Part shown: piece by piece, positions 51,750 through 64,000 of the stretch
Numbering within the stretch: position 1 is the first letter of the stretch
Layout of the letters: each line of letters begins with the position of its first letter
Source: Sphagnum compactum
Lineage: Eukaryota
Length of the DNA stretch: 64,000 bases
NCBI GenBank assembly: GCA_965153455.1
Contig: OZ234494.1
Location: forward strand, 868,001-932,000
Direction: 5' to 3'
Program-made: the position numbers and the translations under genes
The notes under the pieces: generated by a model
What the model saw: only the letters and a program-made list of their open reading frames with translations
The model's database searches: none
What the model was told of the DNA's origin: nothing

Positions 51750-53353
51750 AGGCATTGATTGACAGGCCATGATACTTTACAGTTATTCATAACTAGCCAA
51801 GTTTCTTGCATGTGAGAAATAAGAATGTCAATAACTCATACACCCAGATTCTTACAGAGCATCTCTTTGAGACCTTGTATGTTGAGAGTTTTGCAAAAAT
51901 TAGGCAGCCATCAAGACTACTCAATGCTTGATTTTTAGGACAGATGATTCCAGTTCAATAATCTACATACACGGTGTAATGCAGCATATTCTCTCAAGTA
52001 TCAAGAAAGTTTTTTGCTTCTCTTACATATTGATTGTGGGCTTCAGTCTTGAAGCTACTCTTTCTCCAAACACTCCCAAAATCTGTTGCAGACATCAGGA
52101 TATTCATTATTTCTGTCACCTGTGTGAAGGACTCTGGGCTCCAGGCAAATCATCAAGACCTCATGGAACTTAATCATGTATGTTACCCCTCCGTCCAATG
52201 GTTACATTGGTTCTCAGGTATTGTGTCTTAGAATCATTCTACCACATCCTTGCTTTCCCTGGATCACCTGCAAGTCAGAAATTTGTGTAGGGTGGGAGTG
52301 TAACAGCAGTCGTCCAAGATCAGGGTCCACAAGTTAAGTCTCATCCTTTGCATGGTTGCATAACTGCACCAAGTTTTGCAGTAGAGTGTGGTTGAATTGG
52401 ATGACTGATATTGAAACATTTCTGTTCATCTTTCTGGGAAGTAGGAAGAGAAAAAGCTCTAGATCCACCAGCTTTTGGCTACACCAATTTTGTGTGTGTG
52501 TCTGCAACCTCATGAGGTGTATACAAATTCTGGTGCCACAATTTGCCTGGGTCTCACCTCATTGATCAAGGACTGAGACTTTGTTTTTTACAGGAATTGC
52601 TTCCTCCACTCATCTTATAAGTGGAATCCACCACCTTGTGTAGTCACAGAGTCATCAGCCAAGTTTTAGCATATCTTCTAGAAACAATGCATGATGCTCC
52701 AAGCTCTAAACCAGTTTGGACCATTGAGAAGCCTAAGAAAACATGCCAATGTGATTGAGGTCCAATACAGATGCCAGTTCTGGGTAGTACAAATGCAGAG
52801 ACAAAACATTCACTTTTCATTTGATAGCTGTATTGAAGTCCAATGTCAGATCCCAGTTCCATGGAGTACAATTGCACAGATAAAACATTCACTTTTTATT
52901 TGATAGCTGGAACTTGGAATTTGATCGCTGGTGACACTGGGATCAGTAGGATGATTTTGTCTAATTCCATGCACAACTGCTTTCATGAAATGTGTGGCCC
53001 TCCATCAATTTCAATCCAGGTTCTGCTGCACAATAGGATGAACATGAAGATTTTTCTGGGAAATGACTTTGAACAGTATTGAACATAAATTCACAACTCA
53101 ATCACAGCACCAAGTTGAGACATTTGCTAACTTAAATTCGGCAGGATGATAAGCCAAATGTCCACTAAACAATAGTACATTGGAAAAGATTTCCTCCAGG
53201 AGATTGGAAGTCTATTACTCATCCACCAAGAATATGGGTCATTTGTAGAAAAAAAGAAGGTGCACGCATACATGTACATGGAAATTGCTATTGTAAAACA
53301 GATACAATTTGGTGACCAACAAATCAATAACTAACAAACAGGAGTGCATCAAG

Positions 53354-54879
53354 CTAGAACTTGATCAAATCATCACTGTTTCTCTTTCTCGCCTCTTTGC
53401 TTGTCTCTTCTTTTGAATTGTCTCCAAAGATCATTGCATCCAAGTCTGTGATCGCTGCGTCATCGTGTGAAATGGCACTCAGCGTGCTCCCCTTGGGTGT
53501 GGGTGTCCGGTTTCGCACAAGCACAGATTCTTCAATCCCACCTGAGTTAGAGTCATCTTCCTCAGCTTGCACATGGGCAAATGCAGGCTCTTCTGGATGA
53601 GGCTCTTCTGTAGAAGGTTTTGACATTTCCTCGTACTTGGACAGAACCTGCTGCAGCTCATCATTCACATTCAGAGCTTCAAACAATAGCGCATCATTAT
53701 CACCCCCACCTTCAATAATCCTCCGAACCTTGAAGTGTGATTGCCGGCACTGCTCCACCAGTGTCAGTGTTAACTCTGCCTGAGAAGTGCCACCCACAAA
53801 ACATATTAGTATTTCAAGTTCAACCAGTATCCGGAAGTCCATATTGAATTCCAGTTTGTTGCACAAGCTCAAGGTTTCAGAAGAATCTCTTTTTCTCAAA
53901 AAACCCGTTTTTACTTCTTCATACATGCCACATATAAAAAGCTTCATGACTGAAGAAGAAAGACAAAAAAAACCTGGAGAGCCTCCTGCTTTGGGGAAGA
54001 AGTAAGGACTGTTGATAGAAGCTCAACACTATTGCGAGAGACATCAAAGATCTCCTTTGCATCCTCAGGGTTGATCGGGGCTAGTCCACCACTTTCTCCG
54101 CTCCCCAGTGCACCAGATCCTTGTGTGCTTGATCTTGATATTGACTGTGGGGGTGTGAAGATAGGTGCCAAGCTTTCAAGGTCTCGACCTGGAAACTTGA
54201 TACCTCTGGACTTTAGACTCTGTAAAGCAGGGAAAAAAACTCCAGACATCAGAGATAGAAACAGCAACAATCTGCTTCCTCCATCTTTGGTCTCCAGACA
54301 AAATCCTCATTCATGGTTCTTAAATTCTCCAGAACTAGTTTGTGCTGCAAAAATTATCACCTTGTAAGTCTCTTCAAAAATAGGAAGGTATCGAAGCTCT
54401 TCAGTGGATTCACCCCACGCCTCAATCAGCTTCAATGCCTTCTCCCGGTTTTCAATTGGAGTTTGGCGATCGTCAATCATCTTCACCATCTCATCCAGCA
54501 CCTTCTCGGATGCAACTTCTGAAAACATTTTCTCACAATTCTTCACACAAGTCTCAAGGAGAGTGAGAGCCAGATACTGGATGCGGGTGCTCTTGAGCAT
54601 CATCCGCTTCTTGATGGCTCTCACAGCTTCTTGCCCACTCACCTTCTCTGTGTTGACAAGATCACATATTGCCAGGCTTTTGCCCCAGTCTGGTCCTTCC
54701 AGATTCTCTGCCGTCGCCTCCTCCACAAGCTTGTCAGCTTGTGTTGAGACCTGGAAAAGCTCCTTCATTTTGCCACTCACTGTTGTGATCCTGTCACTCA
54801 TCTTCCTCCCCACTTCAGTGCTCCCCACCTTCAGCTTCTCACTCAAGGCACTCAGCCTCTCCTTGAAATTCTCCCCCAT
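53354..54879 (-). CDS. TOL: TOM1-like (TOL) VHS-GAT domain protein, ubiquitin cargo adaptor; 3 coding exons, 396 aa
   Basis: Exons (minus strand) 54879-54361, 54219-53974, 53779-53354 with phase-0 GT-AG introns. VHS domain: EATAENLEGPDW...LALTLLETCVKNC...KALKLIEAWGES. Linker: SLKSRGIKFPGRD.ESLAPIFTPP. GAT domain: LVEQCRQS...LLFEALNVNDELQQVLSKYE. C-terminal DDLIKF. Resembles the TOL1/TOL2 subgroup. Confidence 0.94.
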
Positions 54880-55211
54880 GGCAAAACACGTCCTTTTGCT
54901 ACCTTGTGAGGATGACAATTCCAATGATGTTCCTGCTCAAAATTCCACACAAAAGTGTAGAGCTGGCTAGATCTCCCAAACACAAATCCTGGCTCCTACC
55001 CAAGTCTCATCAACCCTACACCAAAATTGCAAAACCACGCAAACCCAAACCCTCCAGGCTCCTACCCAAGTCTCAACCCTACACCAAAATTGCAAAACCA
55101 AGCAAAACCCAAACTACACCATGTCTTCAAAACCCCAAAAAGTTGCAAAACTTGACAATATTCATCCAGAAGGCAAACTGATGCTCCAAAACACAACAAA
55201 AAGTTCCAAAA

Positions 55212-55570
55212 TTCTGAGACAAATCAACACCCACAAAAATTGCAAGAACTGAGAAAAATCGACACACTCACAAATTGCAACAAAAACTGAGACAAAAATC
55301 AACACACATAAAAATTGCAAAAAGAACTGAGACAAAAGTCAACACACATAAAAATTGCAACATAAACTGAGACAAAATTGACACACATAAGATTGCAACA
55401 AAAACTAAGACAAATCAACACACATAAAAATTGCAATAACTGAAAAAATTCAATATACTCATAAATTGCAACAAAAATTGAGACAAAATCAAAAACACAT
55501 AAAAATTGCAAAAACTGCAACAAAATCACACACACACAAATTTACAAAAGCTGAGACAAACCGACACACA
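55212..55570. repeat. about 38-42-bp minisatellite, about 9 copies, probably in a 5'-UTR intron of the TOL gene
   Basis: CTGAGACAAA(A)TCAACACACATAAAAATTGCAA(CAAAAA) units in tandem. Confidence 0.9.
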
Positions 55571-57609
55571 CAGAAACACAAAAGCGAACAACAATCCCAA
55601 AACACAGAAATCAAATGCTCTGTAAATTCAGAAAAATGAACAAACCGAAAGGGGGGCAAAAAAAAACCCCAAAAGCGAAAAAACACAACACGCACAGATG
55701 GTCACAACACAAAAACCTGGTGATAACTAATAACTCGAAATAACTCAAAATTTGCAAACCTGTTGATCAAAGTCGGAAATCAGTTCAGACTTGAAGAAGA
55801 AGAAGAAGCTGCCAACTTCGAATTCCGAAACTTCAGTCAGATCTCTGCAAACCCACAACAACAACAACAACAGAAGCCAAAAAAAAAACAGCCAACTCAA
55901 GAAAGAGCCTTACTTACTTCCTTAATTACTCACTCACGGACGGATCTGAAGAAGACCCAAAACTGCAAAAAAAACAGAAAAGCCGGATGCAGTTTCCAAA
56001 TTGTAGAACCCCTTTCTTTTGCGAATTCTTGCTCCTCTTTTCTTTGTTTTTTGATGGTTTTTTTTTTTTTTTTAAATTTTTGTAGCTCAAGGAAACTTCC
56101 TGACATCAATCCAACAACAACCCATTACTTATTAGGTACCATATTTGACATTCCCTTCCCTTCTTCTTCTTCTTCTTCTTACAAAGAGAGGAAGTTGATG
56201 GATGAGAACAGTGCAAATGGAAAAAAGAATATACTTGGAGTGCGTTATTGGGTCTTTTGTTGGCCTTGCCCACCAGGGCAAAGATATATTGTGTTTAGAT
56301 TCATTATAGAGTATAGTAGCTTAAGGGATTTTGGCCCCCTTAATAATAATAAAAAACCCTATTAATAATAATAGGTTTATTAAATATCTATTATTATTAT
56401 TAGGTTTATTATTAAATAGGTTTATAATATTTCTATATCTTAATAATAAACCTAATAATAATAATAATAGCTCTATTTCTATATGAGGATTTTTGAAAGA
56501 TGATATTTTTTGGCTTGTGTTGAAACTTGAGAGATTAGTTATAATAGAGTTATAATGTCTTGAAGGATTTTGGTTTCTTTTAGAGGGATTTTTTGAAGAT
56601 TGGTATATTTTTTGCATGGTGAAATTATAATTTGAGTTTCCATAATTCTTCTTCATTTGCCTTAAGATACTTACTTTTTTAATGTAAATGGCAAGGCATT
56701 CCACAATGTGACACACCCCTTGTTTGTTTTAGGTAGCTTCCTGGTGGCCATGAGGAGTGGGGCCTTAAATATGGCAAACCTTAGACTCTCTTTTTTCTTT
56801 AAATTTTTAATTACAAAAAAATTGATTTTCTTCCAAAAAAATTTTTTTTTTAAATCGCCTTCCTTCTCACCTACCTATTGCAGCCCAAAGTTGTGGAAAA
56901 AAAAAAAAAAAAAAAAAGAAGCATGTATGGTGACGCCCAAGGACGAGGGCATTATCCATATAAGGGCCCCATGGCACAATAGCAGATCCCCGCCCCAATT
57001 CTGGTAATGCCCTTTGTCCTCAGGCAACAGACCATGGAAAGATGCTGCAGAAATTTATTTTTTCTTTTTATGAAAAAAATCTGGAAAGAAAAAAAAAAAA
57101 TTTAAATTTTAAATATATATATATATAATCTTTGTAAATGGTCCATAATGTGATGATAAAGGAAAATGAATTTTTCAGAAAAAGGATTTAACATGCAAAA
57201 TGAAAATAAAAATTATGAATTTTTTTATAAAAAGTAAATTTTTTTTCTAAGTAATTTTTTTTCATGTGACCTCTGATCATGAACAAAAGTAATATTTGGA
57301 ACATTTTCAAGAAAATCAAAATGTGAAAATTTTCTGAGCTCCATTGTCGTGATATGGAATAAATCTATTCTTTGTGTGATTCAATGGCTATTCACCTTGG
57401 AATTGGGAGTTCCAATTGAAGAGAAACATGATAGGCATAGTTAATTGCAAGTTCAATCCTAGAAAGTGTGATGATGAAAACACAATGGATCTCAAGGGAT
57501 CAGAACTCTCATGGTTTCCTCTCAAGAGCCAACTAGTCATGTGTGGCGATTCATACATGATAAAAAGATTTCGAACTTTAGATGACAATCTCATTCCTAC
57601 CTATTGAAC

Positions 57610-57960
57610 CGTGTTTAACACATTTCGAATTTTTTTAATGTATAATACATATAATACGCGTATAAAACATTTATATCGATACAAAAAAAGAAAATGCTGT
57701 CACAGCATCGTGTTTAACACATTTCGATTTTTTTGACGTATAATATGTATAATATGCGTATAAAACGTTTATATCGATACCAAAAAAAAAATGTTGTGAC
57801 ATCCGTGGCATGGTGTTTATCAGAACGCGCACTCAACAAAACCTTGGTCAATGAGTCTTGTTGAGTGCGCCTTCTGATAAACACCATGCCACGGATGTCA
57901 CAGCATTTTTTTTTTGTATCGATATAAACGTTTTATACGCATATTATACGTATTATATGC
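57610..57960. repeat. near-perfect fold-back (about 106-bp arms) preceded by a direct duplicate of the outer arm
   Basis: 57737-57842 is the reverse complement of 57855-57959 with few mismatches (12-nt loop). 57610-57705 duplicates 57710-57800. Confidence 0.92.
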
Positions 57961-58283
57961 ATGTATTATACGCATGTTCTATTCATACGATTCTATACTT
58001 GAAAAGTAGCCGTTAGTATTATACGATGTATAATACGAGTGTATTATACGCACGTTCTATACATACGTTTCAATATTCCCACCAGATTTTTCATGTTAAA
58101 GGTTGGATAGAGAAACAAAAAGGTATTGGATTGAACAATAGATTTTTCCCATAACATTTATATACGTCCTCTAAATCCCATTTTTCGAAGTTCTGACAAC
58201 AACGTAGGTACTCTATTCCAAACCCAAATGATCTAATAATTTCCTTCAAGAGCCCCAAAAACCCACAACATATTGAACAAGCT

Positions 58284-58666
58284 AGGGTCCAACCACGCTA
58301 TTAGGAGTCACACATGCCCTTTCAAGTTCTTATTTTATTTTTAAAATAACTTTTACGTCTTTCAAAAAAAAATTAAAAATTTTAAGTTTTTTTAATTATT
58401 ATGTTAAGGTGTATATTAAAAACTATCCCAAAATATGTCATTAAAAAATATTTTCAAATTGTGTTTTTAATGTCAAAATTGTTTTTAAGCTATTTTTATG
58501 CAACTTTTAAGCAATAAATTTTTATAATATGTACATAGCATATTCACAATAACATTTTGTAAAAAATATTTTATTTATTATTTTATTTTATTTTACACTC
58601 CAAAATTCAAATAATTAAACAATGATTATGACTGTTTTTGGTATATGTTAGTATGACTGCAGCTGC
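58284..58666 (+). mobile_element. dispersed non-autonomous element, copy 3
   Basis: GGGTCCAACCACGCTATTAGGA...CCCAAAATATGTCATTAAAAAATATTTTCAAATTGTG...TGTTAGTATGACTGCA matches 8286-8713. Confidence 0.7.
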
Positions 58667-60329
58667 CACCTAAACCACTCATGAAACCTCTAGATTCTAT
58701 CATCACTTCCCTTGAATTAGTCCCTAAATCTTATCAATAGACTTACATCTTTTACCCTCAAGCTCATAGCACAACAAAATAACTTGTTTTAGGAAGGAAA
58801 ATGAAAGACCAACAGTGGGGTAGTCTTCCCCAACTATACACAAAACAACACACTTTACTTTAACCACATTGAACTTCACCTCTTTCACTCCTCCAAAACA
58901 ACAAGAAGAAAACTTAACTTGTTTTTGTCTAACCATTGAGATGATCCATCCCACTAGAAAATGCCACTCCTTGTAGCATGAATTGCAGTCATTTCGCACC
59001 ACCATAGAATTTCAAAAACCATCGCTAAATTCCTCAATCTAACTTCACCCATCTTCCACCAAGAACCACTAGAATGCAGTTATGAAATTGTTCCATCACA
59101 AAAATTAACTCAGCAACGCCGCTCCATTGAATTGCAACCATCAAACACACTTAACTTTTTAAAAAACAAAAGCACGCAAAAGTAGAAAAAGAACAAAGAA
59201 AAATGGACATTCGACATCCACACCATTCATGATGATCAACTATTCCTTAACTTAGCATTTTTTGCTAATCATTCTCCTTTGACATCTATCATTAATTAAG
59301 GTTTCCTCTTTCATCCAACCACATTCACATAGAAAACTTTTGACACCAATTTTACGTTACAAAACCCTCACTTATATAAGTAACAACACTCTTCAAAATA
59401 AAGGTCACATGCACCCATTACAATGTCATTGACACCTTCAACCTGTAAAATGAACGAAAAATCAAAAGAAAAGGGCTTCTAGAGCCTTTCACGCTCCATG
59501 CCATGTTGGTATATCGATGAAAAAAACATTGGCCTACTAATGTAAACATCCAAAGACCTATATGGCTAGAAGGAGAAACTAGTCCGTTGGGTATTAATTA
59601 TGATAAAAGCCATCTTTAATCTTAGCCACAACTGTAGTGGCAACCTCACAAAATAGAATTGCCCACGAAACCAAATACAGTAAACCCCTTTTATAATCAT
59701 GCCCTTAATGATTACTTTTTTTGTGACACTAACGAATTATGATATAAACGTGTATAATCACATTCCATATAAACTTTTACAAGATTGTGACTATAAACAA
59801 AAAAAAAACCTTACAAAATAGTTCTTTTATGTTAGAATAAAGGTGCTAATTGTTTAAATTTCCTACATGGGTTATTCTAAACTCTATTATGCATTAATAG
59901 ACTTGAAGAAGGTCGTGATTTCTGCTTATTTTAATGTTATGATTTACATTGAATTTGAGTTCCATAACTATTAGCTTGTGTATCTTGTCAATTAGATTTT
60001 TTTTAATTAATTTTTTTTGCTTTCTTAGCAAGTTCACACATGTTTTGCTTGTTTACACTATAAAATTATTTTTCTTTTCTCTTTAACTGGATTCATTGTT
60101 GTTAATTTGCCCAACTTGAACACAAAACAACACTAACAATGCCAAAGGGAACTACAATTTACAAAGCCCTAATGTTTGTGCTAGATTTTTCCCATTATAG
60201 TCACATTTACAAAGAATTTTTTTCCAATAGTCTATGCTACTAACAAGTGTGATAATGATTCTAAAGAACGATGTTTCTTATGAAAATAAATGGTTACCAA
60301 AAAATGTGTGACACAAACAAGAATGTGAC

Positions 60330-62500
60330 TACAATGGTTAATTGTATGTTTGAATGGGGTTAACGATGACAATGTCAACCAACATCTAAACGCCATCCAT
60401 CGAAATCACAATGTTGACCCACCAACACATAAACTGAAAAATAAGTGATGAAAGAACGTGGGTCTATTAATGTACAATGTGAATTTTCACATCCCTTGCA
60501 ATATATGTAAAGGCATCCCACATAACATCATGGGAAGCCGTCCTTTCCTCACCATGGGTGTAACAAAGAAGGTGGATACCCATAAGGTTCAAAAGTTGAC
60601 CACAAATGCAATGTGAAAAACCAAGGGCTAAAGGATGGGAGAGGTTCAACCAAGTGTGTAATGCAATGGAAAAGGTTTTAAAATCAAACAAAAAATGGGA
60701 TCATTAACAAGCAAACAACCATGCACCTACACCTTGCCCTGCACAAGATCTCAAATGCACCTGATGTGAATTAGAAAGGAAATAAAAAATGATGCTACAA
60801 AAAATATGGTCATGCAATCTCTTTGAAATATTCTCCTAAAGTTGATTTTTTCCTCTCTTTGCTAACTATTCAAAAAAGGGTACGCATACCACCACCATTA
60901 GGGGAAGAAGTTCCTATTATAATCTCAAATGGGCCTAAAAGGATAATGAACTTAAGTTGCTCGCTCCTATCACCTCCAATAAGAACGGGCAAAAGTCCAA
61001 TAGGAACCTAGAGGCAATGACGAAGGCAATTAGAGCCTAACTCCATAAATAGGCCATTGGAGCAATGCCCTCTACCAAATGAAGCCTAACCCTCCATTAG
61101 AAATGGGGTAACAAACTTATTATCAAATTAGGGGAGCCTAATAGGACTCAAAAGAACCCACACCTAAAAGCCTTTTGAAAACTGCCAACAAAATTGAATC
61201 GAAAGTAATAAGCAAGCCCTAAAAATCCAAAAGAAGGGGGAAACAACGGAGTAAATAAGAAAGCTTTTAAGTGAAACACTAAAAAAGGATCCCAAATGCT
61301 ATTTGGACATCTTTTAACCTTGAGAGTGCATAAACATGACAAACATCCTCATCCAAAACCTTTTGCAAAAAAAAGGAAAAAAACCAAAACTAAACGAGAT
61401 GCCCAAGATCCTAATGCTGTTGATAGGGCAACAAAAACCAACTAGGCGGGCAAACTTGGGAAGCAAATTAGAAAGGCCCAAGCTAAGCACTTGCAAAGAT
61501 GAATGACCAACTGCATAAAAGTCAGTTGGGAAACAAAATGATTTAAGGCAAGGGGAACAACATGGGTAAGGTCAAGGATATGAGTGTCATTAGTCAAGGA
61601 AGGGAAAAGACAAGATGGAAAAATGTTCAAAGAACAACACAAGCACAAAAATGAATGTACACAAAAAGAGGCCCAACAAAAGGGTCACCTTGACATGTGC
61701 CCATAAATAAAAGAATGATAGAAAAATCTTTTAAGGAGGAATGATGACTTAAGAACAAAGGAAGTTGAAAAGCATAAAAGGAATGAACAAAAAAGAAACG
61801 TTGAGATAATTAACCTCTTGCCACTCGAAGCTTATGGAAGATGGCCTTACGCGAGATGGTGTTGAAAGCATTCACTACATCCACCTAAAGCACCACCCAA
61901 TCAAAATGAACAACTAAAGCGGCTCAATTACCATCGACCACTACCTTGCAACCACCTTTAACTACCACACCGAACTAATGTAGCAACTAGTGAAAAGAAA
62001 ACAAGTCACAAAATTGTAAACATAAAGCCTTTTTAACCAATTGATAAAATGTTTCACCCATTGCAATTGGTCAGATGCCACTTGAAGGTTTGGCAAAAAC
62101 CAGAAGCTTAATAACACTAAGGATATATAAGCCATGGATTATGGGATGCAATTAACAGTCACATGGGAACTCAAATTAATGAAGTTGAATGAAACCACTA
62201 GTTCAATCCTTGAGGTTGAAAGAATCTTGAAAATTATGTTTGATGACCATGCCTAATGGATTGCTTACTAACAAATGGGACATGTGTAAGACAATTGACC
62301 TTAAAAAAATTCATGGAAAGTTCCACATTTATGTCCAACTTAAAGTCCATCAAGGAATTTGAACAAGGAAAATCCAAATCCAAAGGATGTAATGCTTTAC
62401 TATGTAGATCATCTTTAATGATGTTGAAGTGAAGCAAGAGGGGCAAAAGCCCTAACTGGATGCACAAATTCCTCAACACGCCCAAGGATTAGGTTTCATC
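60330..62500 (-). mobile_element. decayed non-LTR retrotransposon (RT + zinc knuckle + restriction-like endonuclease)
   Basis: Fragments PIAMGETFYQL, WVVL*VDVVNAFNTISRKAIF, FPSCLFPSLTNDTHIL (RT active-site region), FSIALHTWLNLSHP...CICG...GIHLLC...SHDVMWDAF (CCHC/RH motif) and VNIVI...MLVDIVIVNP (PD-D/ExK-like). Many stops and frameshifts. Confidence 0.8.
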
Positions 62501-64000
62501 TTAATTGACCCAAAGGGGGCACAACAAGAGCAAAAACTTGAAAAGGCAAGGTTGTTAATATAGCCCAATCTAAAGACAAAATTGGCTCAAACACACTTGC
62601 TTGAAAAAAAAAATCATTCTTAAAGATGGTGGTAAAGGTTATTGTTGGGTGGGTATCAAACTACCATTCAAAATTGGGCTAGTTATTAACCAGTTCTTTC
62701 GTAAAGCTCAAATCAAGTATAATCTAGGGTGTTACTTGGGTTGATATACCCAAAGCACAAGGTATCATTTTTGAAAAAATCGATTCACAAATAATTGGGT
62801 TCTCATTTTAAATTAAAAATTTCATAGCCAAGTAAATTATATGGATAACCTCAAGTCTAGTTCTTACAAGGGTTTGGGACATATGGAATTTAAAGTTAGG
62901 GTTTCATACTATCTAAGTTTAGGTTAGGTTGTATTTTAGGGTTAAGGTTTAAGGAAATTGACTAACATTGGAGGTGTCGTTTTTCTCATGTGGGGAACAA
63001 AAGATAAAAAACTCAACACTTCTTTTTTTTCATGTTTTTTTTTTGTTTGCTTGTGTGTTAAAGGCCTTTTCACCTTTTTTACAACATGTGTTCCCCATTT
63101 TTTTCCTTTTATTTTTTGTTGTTTTTAAAAATTTGCAAATAATATTTTTTCTTACTTGAAGCATTATTTGGGTCCTTCATTTTTTTTTATTGCAAGAGTT
63201 TTTCGCATTTGCTAGAAGCATTATTCAAGTGATTTATCAACACTGGTGCTACTCATGGGCTTTTAAACTTATTCTTGGGCTCCTAATATTATTTGGGCAT
63301 TTTTTGTGTTGTTCATGTGTGTTACCAAGTGTTTTTAATGTTGTTTGAGTGTTTTCAACACTATTTGGGCATTTTTACTGCTATTCATGTTTGCTACTAA
63401 ATGTTATTAATGTTGTTCAATTACTACCAAATGTTGTTCAAGTGTTATAAATGCTCATTAAATGTTGTAGGTGTTATGCATGGTGTTTTTTTCAAGTATG
63501 ACCATTGATTCCTTTGTTTTTGTTTGTGGTGTTTTTTCCTTTTTATGGTTGGTGCTACCCCTTACCTTGTTGTGCAGGTTGGAGATTTGTTAAAAGTTGG
63601 AGCCTTTTGGTTTTTATTGACATATGTTCATTTTTCATCAATATTTTCTCACACATTGCAATCTCATGTACAATTAGAATTTGGATTTGTGAAAGTTTAG
63701 TTGTATATGCAACTATGAACAGTTGTGAGCTTCATCATCAACTTTTGCACGTTAGGTCTGTTTTCAATTCTTTTCCCAAGTTTGTTTGCTTTATTCTTGA
63801 ATTTTTGTTTTTGCTTGTTTTATGTTGTTTATGGTTTCTTATGTGTTTTTTTTTTCTTTGGTTTTGTGTGTTTTTTATATGTTTGAGGTAATGTTATCAT
63901 GTTATGTTTGTTTATTTTTATTTGCTTATGAAAAACCAACTTGCAAATTTCAAACTTTGCTTAGAAGTTTGAAATGAAAGTTTTAAAAAAAATTTGACTT

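Noticed and set aside
54880-54924. N-terminal extension of TOL given by the ORF track
   Set aside because: It begins at a non-ATG codon; the first in-frame ATG (GCCATGG context) is at 54879.
55763-56365. 200-aa plus-strand ORF
   Set aside because: It is the antisense reading of the TOL leader/promoter with homopolymer and trinucleotide runs, has a non-ATG start and shows no domain.
58724-59700. Coding-like decayed blocks on the minus strand (also 12540-13250 and 13950-14420)
   Set aside because: Probably TE-gene debris, but I could identify no motif, so no call is made.

Overview
AT-rich eukaryotic (land plant) genomic DNA, most likely a moss such as Sphagnum; this is inferred from the gene sequences, a moss-type miRNA and the repeat landscape. 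Two intact spliced genes lie convergently: GDP-mannose 3,5-epimerase (GME, +, 6 exons, 49597-51749, 379 aa) and a TOM1-like VHS-GAT protein (-, 3 coding exons, 53354-54879, 396 aa). A TE-poor island at about 24.4-32.5 kb holds two more candidates. One is an apparently non-coding + strand Pol II unit with a 50-bp miRNA-type stem (25792-26011) whose 5' arm matches my recollection of Physcomitrium miR1031. The other is a convergent two-exon orphan ORF (237 aa, - strand). The rest is largely decayed transposon DNA: two hAT transposase relics, a Mutator-like relic, a pogo/Tc5 relic, an RLE-type non-LTR retrotransposon relic, non-autonomous CACTA, Tourist and Helitron-like elements, fold-back hairpins and many local tandem duplications. 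No rRNA, tRNA or CRISPR was seen. Most ORFs in the supplied track are spurious (low-complexity or antisense shadows).
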